Source of the DNA: Fidelibacterota bacterium
Lineage (GTDB): Bacteria; Fidelibacterota; Marinisomatia; Marinisomatales; TCS56
NCBI GenBank assembly: GCA_043822705.1
Contig: JBDRBK010000131.1
Location: 1-14,194, forward strand
Length of the DNA: 14,194 nt
Reading direction: 5' to 3'
Under the pieces are notes generated by a model, which did not search any database, had not been told where the DNA came from, and worked only from the letters and a program-made list of their open reading frames with translations. Shown here piece after piece: positions 7,224 through 14,194 of this stretch. The translations under genes and the position numbers were made by a program. Each line of letters starts with the position of its first letter. Within the stretch, counting starts at the first letter, position 1.

Positions 7224-9194
7224 ATGTTAGAATTAAAAAAAGGGGTGGATATTCTGGCCGCAGTCGGTGGCGTCCAGACGCTCGAACAGGCTAACGCGCT
7301 GATCGCGGATCGGCTTGACACCGCTAACCGGGAAAAGCTGGCGCCGATCAGGAATGCCGAGGCACTGATCAAGATCGCCAACGCAATCGCCATGTGCCAG
7401 CCGGATGATGTATTCATCGATAGCGGCAGCGAAGCCGATATCCAGTGGATTCGTGAATATTCCTTGAAAAAAGGAGAGGAAAAAAAGTTAGCCAAGGAAG
7501 GCCATACCATCCATTTCGATTTACCTCAGGATCAGGCTCGTCTGGTTAAGCAGACCTATTATATTGTAAACGAGGATGAAAAAGTCAGCGCCCTGGCGTT
7601 GTCTACCCCGCGAGCCGAAGCGTTGAATTATATGCAGACCTATATGCACAGCATAATGCGCGGGATGACCATGATGATCGGCTTTTTCGGACGTGGACCG
7701 GCTGGTGCTCAGGCTACCATTCCCGCCATTGAAATCTCATCATCCGGTTATGTATTTCACTCCGCCGAGATGTTGTATCGCAACATTTATTCCGAATTCG
7801 ATAGTGAGACCCGGCGCAAGGGCATCTTCTTTACCAACGTCCATTCCGAGGGTCCGAACCGGCCGGAGGACGTCCCCAATGCCCGGATATTCATGGATCG
7901 CAGTTGGCTGACGACCTATTCGACCTTTTGTACCTATGCCGGCAACACCCTGCTGATGAAAAAAGGCAATCACCGTTTTGCCGTCGATTATTCGACCTAT
8001 TACAAGCGCGGCGAGGAACTGAGCGAACATATGTTCATCACCGGGATGACCGGTCCCGGCGGACGCAAGACCTATTTCGCCGGGGCGGCACCATCAGGCT
8101 GCGGCAAGACCACCACCGCCATGGTCGGCACCGATTTTGTCGGCGACGACCTGGCCCAGTTGTGGCTGGCCCAAGACGGGACCGTCCGGGCGGTGAATCC
8201 TGAGAAGGGCATCTTCGGCATCGTCGCCGATGTCAACCGCGAAGGTGATCCCTACCTGATGGATTGCCTGCGCGGCGACGGCACCGAGGTGATCTGGTCC
8301 AACGTGCTGATCGATGACCAATTGGTACCGCACTGGGAAGGCAATGGCGAAGAACAGCCCAAAAAGGGTTTCAATTTCCAGGGCATATGGTTTAAGGGCA
8401 AACTGGATACCAACGGTAATGAAGTGCCAATTTCTCACAAAAATGCCCGCTGCACACTCCTGAATACGGCAATCCGCAATCATAACGCCGCCGCCAATGC
8501 CGATCCCGCCGGCGTACCGCTGAAGGTCATCACCTATTCCGGCCGCGATGCCGACACGATGCCGCCAGTCTGGGTCGCCAAGAATCCCGATGCCGGAGTG
8601 GCCATCGGCGCGTCGATCGTATCCGCCGCCACCGCCACCGAAATCGGCGCTACCGGTGTGCGGCGTCAGCCCTGGGCCAACGCACCATTCATTCCCGGCG
8701 CCCTGGCCGATTACATGGATTCCCAGTTCATATTCTTCAACTCGCCCAAACTGAGCGCTGCCGGCCGCCCGATCATGGCCGGTTTGAATTATTTCCTGAC
8801 CCATGCCAACCGTGGTGGCAGCAGCGGCAAAGGCCTGTTAGGCGAGAAACGTGACGTCAAGGTCTGGCTGGGCTGGCTGGAACTCTTTGCCCACGGCGAT
8901 GTGGATGCGATCGAAACACCAGTAGGTTTTATTCCGAAATACGCCGACCTGCTGAAACTGTTCACCGGAATCGACAAGAATTACCCAAAAAGCCTATACG
9001 ATATGCAGTTCGCCTTTTACGTGGACAATATTATCAATCGTATCGACCTGCAGCGCGAGGCCTACGGTAAAGAGGAAAATCTGCCACCGCAGTTGTTCGC
9101 TGTCTACGACGAATGGAAAAGCGGGCTGCTGCGTCTCAGGGAAAAATACGGTCCTGTTGTCAGCGCCGAACAGTTGATCGCCAGCGCCGACTGA
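7224..9194 (+). CDS. pckG: Phosphoenolpyruvate carboxykinase (GTP)
   Basis: YAGNTLLMKK, LSEHMFI, P-loop GAAPSGCGKT, VGDDLA, NPEKGIFG, SHKNARCT, NYFL, ETPVGFIPKY. GGGAG SD at 7213-7217 supports ATG 7224 over the TTG at 7218. Confidence 0.95.
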   Translation: MLELKKGVDILAAVGGVQTLEQANALIADRLDTANREKLAPIRNAEALIKIANAIAMCQPDDVFIDSGSEADIQWIREYSLKKGEEKKLAKEGHTIHFDLPQDQARLVKQTYYIVNEDEKVSALALSTPRAEALNYMQTYMHSIMRGMTMMIGFFGRGPAGAQATIPAIEISSSGYVFHSAEMLYRNIYSEFDSETRRKGIFFTNVHSEGPNRPEDVPNARIFMDRSWLTTYSTFCTYAGNTLLMKKGNHRFAVDYSTYYKRGEELSEHMFITGMTGPGGRKTYFAGAAPSGCGKTTTAMVGTDFVGDDLAQLWLAQDGTVRAVNPEKGIFGIVADVNREGDPYLMDCLRGDGTEVIWSNVLIDDQLVPHWEGNGEEQPKKGFNFQGIWFKGKLDTNGNEVPISHKNARCTLLNTAIRNHNAAANADPAGVPLKVITYSGRDADTMPPVWVAKNPDAGVAIGASIVSAATATEIGATGVRRQPWANAPFIPGALADYMDSQFIFFNSPKLSAAGRPIMAGLNYFLTHANRGGSSGKGLLGEKRDVKVWLGWLELFAHGDVDAIETPVGFIPKYADLLKLFTGIDKNYPKSLYDMQFAFYVDNIINRIDLQREAYGKEENLPPQLFAVYDEWKSGLLRLREKYGPVVSAEQLIASAD

Positions 9195-9251
9195 TAGCGG
9201 AAAATATCAACGATCTTCATTCCTCCGGCACGAACGACATGACGCACCGGT

Positions 9252-9280
9252 GCGATGACCCGGCCCACCAGGGTCATCGC
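9252..9280. repeat. Perfect 10-bp inverted repeat without a U-tract, between pckG and the ECF operon
   Basis: GCGATGACCC (9252-9261) and GGGTCATCGC (9271-9280). Overlaps the 12-bp palindrome CGCACCGGTGCG (9243-9254). Confidence 0.75.
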
Positions 9281-9361
9281 TGTCTATGACAAAGCCCGTC
9301 AACATAGTCGGTGGCGATTGTTTCTGCCTTGCATTTTCCCGACCAACCGGATAAGTTCGTG

Positions 9362-9389
9362 ACAACCAATTTTCGATCATTGTGTCAAA
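9362..9389 (+). promoter_or_regulatory. Candidate ECF-sigma-dependent autoregulatory promoter
   Basis: ACAACCA (AAC core, 9362-9368), 16-nt spacer, TCAAA (9385-9389). Same geometry as the E. coli sigmaE consensus GGAACTT-N16-TCAAA. Ends 14 nt before the sigma gene. Confidence 0.6.
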
Positions 9390-9403
9390 CCTAACGTGAA
9401 CCA

Positions 9404-9970
9404 TTGAAGCAATTGAAAGAAGAAATCAGACAGCTTATTAAAAAGGCGCAAGCCGGTGATGCGGAAGCGTTTCACGAATTAGTAAAACTACACGATGAAC
9501 GAGTCATGATACTTGCCTACCAACTGACCCATAACGAACAGGATGCCGAAGACCTCTACCAGGAGGTTTTCCTGAAGGCTTACAAGAGTCTCAAGAATTT
9601 CCGTTTCGAGAGTCAGTTTTATACCTGGTTGTACCGGATAACGGTCAACACAGCCTTTAACTACAAGCGCAAGCTGGCTCGTCTCAACCTGTATGAACCT
9701 GATGAAGAAAATTCTTCCGGACATCTGGAATGGATCGCCGATACCGATGATAATGAATCGTCACGTGGCGAAATCATGTCCGCCGTCAAGGATGCAATGA
9801 CGGTATTACCACAGAAACAAAAGACCGTGTTCATTCTCAAACATCTGGAAAACTTGAAAATCAAGGACATCTCCCGGATTCTCGATATTTCCGAAGGAAC
9901 GGTCAAAAGATATTTATTTCGCGCCATGGAAAAACTACGCGTAGAATTAAAGGAGTATCGTTATGCCTGA
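9404..9970 (+). CDS. ECF RNA polymerase sigma factor (sigma-70 group 4)
   Basis: AQAGDAEAF, DAEDLYQEVFLKAY, FYTWLYRITVN (region 2); LPQKQKTVFILKH, ISEGTVK (region 4). Start is a TTG at 9404 (alternative 9413) with no SD, so the start is uncertain. Confidence 0.95.
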   Translation: MKQLKEEIRQLIKKAQAGDAEAFHELVKLHDERVMILAYQLTHNEQDAEDLYQEVFLKAYKSLKNFRFESQFYTWLYRITVNTAFNYKRKLARLNLYEPDEENSSGHLEWIADTDDNESSRGEIMSAVKDAMTVLPQKQKTVFILKHLENLKIKDISRILDISEGTVKRYLFRAMEKLRVELKEYRYA

Positions 9971-10949
9971 TACTTTATCCGAAAAATTAAGAAATCAAGC
10001 CACCCTCTACACCCTGGACGCACTGACCAACGGGGAACGCGAGCAGTTTATCAAACAGCTCGCGACCAATCCCGAACTTGATGCGCTGGTCCGGGAACTA
10101 CAGGAAACCCTCAATCTGACCAGAATGGCAACCGCAATCAAGCCGCCGGAGCATGTGCTCCAGGGTCAACGCAATCTGCTGCGGGGTAAAATCGAACTGC
10201 TGGAAGCCCAGGCGCAGCAGACCAGCCTGAGGCAGCGGATGGCCAATCTCTGGTACAATCTGAGCGATCGTGTATACGTACCGCGGCAGCCGGTCTGGGC
10301 GGTGGCAACCTATGTTATGCTGGCTTTCCTGATCGGCCGGATGGCCTTCCCGACCGTACAGACCATCACGACGATGGCTGAGACACCAACCCAGCCTGAC
10401 ATCCTGCAACTTTTGGAGAGCGGTGCCCTTTCCAGTGCCGATATCGATCTACAACAGTTCGATCCCCAGTCGGTCAGTTTCAATCTGAAGACCAAAAAAG
10501 ATTTCAACGTCGAGGGCGGCCTGAATGATGAAGCCATTCAGCAACTGCTGTTCTACCTGCTGAAGAACGATAGCAATCCCGGAAAAAGAATGAAAGCAGT
10601 CAATCTGATTTCCGAAGCCCGCCCGGTGGCAGAAGGCAAAGTGGTATTGATCTCATCCCTGCTGACCGATCCCAATCCGGGTGTTCGGCTGCGGGCCGCC
10701 AAATCGCTGAGTACCTACGAAAGCGATAAAACACTCCGGGACGCCTGCGTCAAAGTGCTGTTTGAAGATGAGAACGAAGCAGTCCGCATGGCCGTGTTGG
10801 GCATTCTCGGAAATAACCCCACCGAGGATATCGTCCCTGCCTTGAAGATCATTGCGCAAATGGATAAGAATGAATTTATTCGCGATCAAGCCAGAAGGGT
10901 CGCAGATACGTTCAGCGGTCAAATAGCAGTAGAACGAATCGAGGACTAA
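9963..10949 (+). CDS. Putative anti-sigma factor: N-terminal anti-sigma domain, one TM helix, C-terminal HEAT repeats
   Basis: Overlaps the sigma gene by 8 nt, with AAGGAG SD at 9950-9955. LYTLDAL...EREQF N-terminal pattern. TM segment VWAVATYVMLAFLIGRMAF. Four HEAT-like units: NDSNPGKRMKA, TDPNPGVRLRA, EDENEAVRMAV, MDKNEFIRDQA. Confidence 0.82.
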   Translation: MPDTLSEKLRNQATLYTLDALTNGEREQFIKQLATNPELDALVRELQETLNLTRMATAIKPPEHVLQGQRNLLRGKIELLEAQAQQTSLRQRMANLWYNLSDRVYVPRQPVWAVATYVMLAFLIGRMAFPTVQTITTMAETPTQPDILQLLESGALSSADIDLQQFDPQSVSFNLKTKKDFNVEGGLNDEAIQQLLFYLLKNDSNPGKRMKAVNLISEARPVAEGKVVLISSLLTDPNPGVRLRAAKSLSTYESDKTLRDACVKVLFEDENEAVRMAVLGILGNNPTEDIVPALKIIAQMDKNEFIRDQARRVADTFSGQIAVERIED

Positions 10950-10951
10950 TA

Positions 10952-12199
10952 ATGAAAAAAGTACTGGCGCTGTTAACCGTTTCCAACCTGGTTTTCGGAC
11001 AGGAAATTCTACAGCACTTCGATCTGGACAAAAGCAACCGGTATGTCGGTACTACGACCTACGAATTTGCCATCGAAACACTCGACGAAACCTACCGGAC
11101 GCTGGCAATGAAGGATATCAAAGGCGATGTCACGATCAGCGGGGAACCGGGTAATATAATCCAGATCACCGAGGAAGTGTCGATCTGGGCTGGTTCCGGT
11201 ATGAAAGCCAAATCCATTTTCGATGATTATCGCGCTCAGGTCAACCAACTCAAGGACGCCGGAATAATCGAAATCAGAGGGCGTGGTGAATGGTCGGCCC
11301 GAACCGCTTTCGAATATAACATCATCATTCCGATGCAGTTCAACGTCAGCGTGTCCACAGCCGGCGGCGATATCGAAGCCGACAACATTACCGGTGAGAC
11401 CAGTCTATCCACCAGCGGCGGCGAAATTAGTCTGGCCAATTTGGTGGGCAAGACTACCGCCCGGACCTCCGGTGGCGATATTGATGTGGAGAATTCCGAG
11501 GGCAGTCTGGAACTGAAAACCTCCGGCGGCGACATCCAGGTTGAAAAACTGGCCGGCGAAGTCGCGGCCTACACCTCCGGTGGTGATATTAATATCGAGT
11601 CAGTGCAGGGCAATGTCGATGTACGCACCAGCGGCGGCGAATTGTGGTTCCGCGATATCGTGGGACGGAAACTGGTGGGCATAACTTCCGGCGGCAGCAT
11701 CGAAGCCGGCCGGATCACCGCCGACCTGGACCTGCAGACCAGCGGCGGCGATATTGAAATCGATGATTTGACCGGATCGATCGAGGCTTCTACTTCCGGT
11801 GGCGACATCGAAATCAATATTATCTACGGCAACGCCGACGTTTCAACCAGCGGTGGCGATATCGTGATTACCGGTCTGCGTGGCTCCTTGCGGGCTAAAA
11901 CCAGTGCTGGACGACTGGAAATCGAAAAAATTTGGGACCGCAATTTCAAGGAACATAGTATCGACATAGTCAATGACCACGGCTCAATCTTCCTGACACT
12001 GCCGGTGAACTTTCCGTCTCAGATCGATGCCATCGTGGAACACGAAATTTCCGCCAATGTCATTGACAGCGATTTTCCCCTGACGATCACCAACAAACAA
12101 AACGAAGTGCACGGTGAAGGACTGTACAATAACGGTACTTACAGTGTCAAACTCCGCACTAGTCATGGTTCAATCACTATCGAAAGAGGTGAAAAGTGA
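10952..12199 (+). CDS. Exported DUF4097 (putative adhesin)-like beta-strand repeat protein
   Basis: Signal peptide MKKVLALLTVSNLVFG-Q. Ten T(S/A)GG(D/E/S)(I/L) repeats with an approximately 19-aa period, plus degenerate copies (TSAGRL, NDHGSI, TSHGSI). Confidence 0.88.
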   Translation: MKKVLALLTVSNLVFGQEILQHFDLDKSNRYVGTTTYEFAIETLDETYRTLAMKDIKGDVTISGEPGNIIQITEEVSIWAGSGMKAKSIFDDYRAQVNQLKDAGIIEIRGRGEWSARTAFEYNIIIPMQFNVSVSTAGGDIEADNITGETSLSTSGGEISLANLVGKTTARTSGGDIDVENSEGSLELKTSGGDIQVEKLAGEVAAYTSGGDINIESVQGNVDVRTSGGELWFRDIVGRKLVGITSGGSIEAGRITADLDLQTSGGDIEIDDLTGSIEASTSGGDIEINIIYGNADVSTSGGDIVITGLRGSLRAKTSAGRLEIEKIWDRNFKEHSIDIVNDHGSIFLTLPVNFPSQIDAIVEHEISANVIDSDFPLTITNKQNEVHGEGLYNNGTYSVKLRTSHGSITIERGEK

Positions 12200-13731
12200 A
12201 GATTCGCAATCTTTTAATTATTAGTTTACTGCTTTATCCCGTACTGGCGCAGGATACTACTTCCGTAACGATCCCGGAAAACCAGTCGGGCCTGACCGAG
12301 CAGGACAGCCAGGAACTGGTCCACCAGGACAAGGACGAAATCACTTCCCGCTCGCAGACCGATGAAATCAAATTCTTCGGTGATTATATCATTGAGGATG
12401 GTGTTACCAATTACGATAAAGTACGGATCGTCGGCGGCGACCTGACCGTTTTCGGTACCATCGAAGGTCAGTTCACGGTGATCGGCGGCGATATTTTCAT
12501 CAAACAGACCGCCGTCGTCAACGGCCGGATCGTGGCTATCGGCGGGACCGTGACAACCGCACCCGGTGCACGGGTCAATGGCCGGATCATCGAAACCAAT
12601 ATTTCCCGGGGATTGTCCTACAAGGATACGCACGACGGTAAAACCGATGTCAAGGGTGAATCCAATTTCTCGCTGGAGGAGCGTTCCTGGTATTCCAAAA
12701 AAAGCTGGGTTCATCCCAAAACCAGTGTGGTCATCTACAACCGCAACGAAGGTCTGTTGCTGACGCCTTTCAATTACTGCTGGGACCGGCGTTCGCTGTC
12801 CAATTTGCGGCTGAATTTGTCGGCCGGATACCGATTCAGTCAAAAAGAAGTCGCCGGCCGGGTGACGCTGGAAAGCTACCTTCTGGCCCGCCACCTGATC
12901 CTGTTCGGCAGCGCCTTCCAGGAAAGCCGGACGGACGATTTTTACCGGCTGCCGGAGATGGAAAACTCCCTGGCCGCGGTGCTGGGGCGCCAGGACTTTT
13001 ACGATCGCTGGAATGAACTGGGTTACGAAGGCGGATTCGGTCTGGACCTGCCCTGGATCAGACTTAAGGCTTCTTACGTCGCCGTGGACCAGGATTCGAT
13101 TTCCATTGATAAGAACGTCTGGACCGTCTTCAACGACAATCGGGAGCTGCGACCGAACCTGCCGGTGCTGCCGGGAAAGGTTGAAAGTATGCGCCTGACG
13201 TTTGCCTTCAAACCACACAGTTTCGATGAATTCGAGCCGGGGCTGGCCCTGTACCTCACAGGGGAACAAACTCTGAAGAGCGATGCCTACCCGGAATTCC
13301 AGCGCATCATGGGTATGGCGATCCTGGGCGTTCGTGTTGCCGACGGCGTGGTGCTGCGGACCCGTCTGACAGGCGGTACCGCTACCGGTACACTACCGGC
13401 CTTCCGCTATTTCGGAGTCGGTGGACTGGGTTCGGTGGCCGCTTACCCCTATAAACTACAGGCCGGCGATCAATTCGCTCAGGTCAACGCCGAATTCGTG
13501 TTCACTCCCGATTTCCTGGACAGTGACATGTCCTTGATCCTGTTTGCCGACGGCGCCAATGCCTGGATGCGCTCGGAATATGATCTGACCGATATTAATT
13601 CGATGATCGAGAACGGCATATCGGCAGTTGGACTGGGGATCGGTTTCGATGAGTTCCGGATCAATTTTGCCCGTCCCACCGACGGCAGCGATTACTGGGA
13701 ATCAACGATCAGAATCAATTTCAATTTCTGA
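12196..13731 (+). CDS. Outer-membrane protein: bactofilin/polymer-forming-like N-terminal repeats plus Omp85 (BamA/TamA)-like barrel
   Basis: GTG start overlaps the upstream TGA (GTGA), with SD GAGGTG. Signal peptide ends VLA-Q. IVGGDLTVFGTIEGQFTVIGGDIFI...VNGRIVAIGG repeats. YNRNEG. C-terminal YFGVGGLGSVAAY, LILFADGANAW, SAVGLGI, RINFARP and a terminal Phe (IRINFNF). Confidence 0.75.
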   Translation: MKIRNLLIISLLLYPVLAQDTTSVTIPENQSGLTEQDSQELVHQDKDEITSRSQTDEIKFFGDYIIEDGVTNYDKVRIVGGDLTVFGTIEGQFTVIGGDIFIKQTAVVNGRIVAIGGTVTTAPGARVNGRIIETNISRGLSYKDTHDGKTDVKGESNFSLEERSWYSKKSWVHPKTSVVIYNRNEGLLLTPFNYCWDRRSLSNLRLNLSAGYRFSQKEVAGRVTLESYLLARHLILFGSAFQESRTDDFYRLPEMENSLAAVLGRQDFYDRWNELGYEGGFGLDLPWIRLKASYVAVDQDSISIDKNVWTVFNDNRELRPNLPVLPGKVESMRLTFAFKPHSFDEFEPGLALYLTGEQTLKSDAYPEFQRIMGMAILGVRVADGVVLRTRLTGGTATGTLPAFRYFGVGGLGSVAAYPYKLQAGDQFAQVNAEFVFTPDFLDSDMSLILFADGANAWMRSEYDLTDINSMIENGISAVGLGIGFDEFRINFARPTDGSDYWESTIRINFNF

Positions 13732-13738
13732 GCCGGAC

Positions 13739-14194
13739 ATGAAAGCACTTCTTATCAGCGTGTTATCAGTCTGTTTTGCAGCGGCCCAGACAGTGGTCAT
13801 ACCGATCGACCTGCCCGACCTGCCGCGCCTGCTGACCTTCGGCAATGCATCGCAACGGCAACGCGAACGCGAGCGGGAACGGGACCGCGAAGCGGTCGAT
13901 TTGATCAGCGAGAAGTATGAATTCACCGCTAAGGATATATCGCGTTTAAATGTGGGACTGGAATACTCGCTGGCCTCGCTAAATATCGCCGCCGGTAACA
14001 AAAATCAGATCAGCGGTGAAATCAAGTACGACCGCAATCACTTTATACCGCGCGTCAACTACGACACTTATGGCAACAAGGGCGATTTAAAGATTCAGAT
14101 CAAATCGCTCAAGAACGATGATTGGGATTATCATGCCGAGCATGACGAGGATGATGATCGAACACGCTACACTTTCAACTTCGATTTTGATGGT
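13739..14194 (+). CDS. Exported toast-rack/DUF2154 (LiaF/LiaG-related)-like beta protein, 3'-truncated; absent from the ORF track
   Basis: ATG at 13739, 7 nt after the previous stop, open for 152 codons to the window end: MKALLISVLSVCFAAAQ...DISRLNVGLEYSLASLNIAAGNKNQISGEIKYDRNHFIPRVNYDTYGNKGDLKIQIK. The signal peptide is clear; the family call is from pattern resemblance. Confidence 0.7.
   Translation, partial: MKALLISVLSVCFAAAQTVVIPIDLPDLPRLLTFGNASQRQRERERERDREAVDLISEKYEFTAKDISRLNVGLEYSLASLNIAAGNKNQISGEIKYDRNHFIPRVNYDTYGNKGDLKIQIKSLKNDDWDYHAEHDEDDDRTRYTFNFDFDG

Noticed and set aside
8094..8804. 236-aa minus-strand ORF and other short overlapping ORFs inside pckG, thyX, cysQ, rng and the ECF operon
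   Set aside because: Antisense or off-frame shadows of well-supported genes, with no independent signals.
11350..11900. Regularly spaced ~57-nt repeats as a possible CRISPR array
   Set aside because: The repeats are short, degenerate at synonymous positions and in frame within a protein. No cas genes are present.
12226..13269. 347-aa minus-strand ORF
   Set aside because: Lies wholly antisense to the outer-membrane protein gene and has no recognisable motifs. Consistent with a shadow ORF from codon bias.

Overview
Bacterial chromosomal window, probably diderm and possibly FCB-group (for example a Marinimicrobia-like candidate phylum; this is inference only). Left: the 3' part of an invasin/Big_1-type Ig-repeat surface protein, coupled to an exported hypothetical beta-rich protein. 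These converge on a minus-strand cluster cysQ-like phosphatase, thyX, radC-like JAB gene. A 543-bp divergent intergenic region (4330-4872) is rich in hairpins and repeats. It precedes rne/rng-rplU-rpmA, which ends in a strong bidirectional terminator, followed by a GTP-dependent PEP carboxykinase. Right: a tightly coupled ECF sigma-factor operon with a candidate autoregulatory promoter. It encodes an ECF sigma, a zinc-less membrane anti-sigma with HEAT repeats, a DUF4097-like TSGG-repeat beta-solenoid, an atypical Omp85-like barrel with a bactofilin-like N-terminal module and a degenerate loop-6 motif, and a truncated toast-rack/DUF2154-like protein. That operon is the best candidate for an uncharacterised system. 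No rRNA, tRNA, CRISPR array or transposase was recognised. All family calls come from motif recognition by eye, not from database searches.
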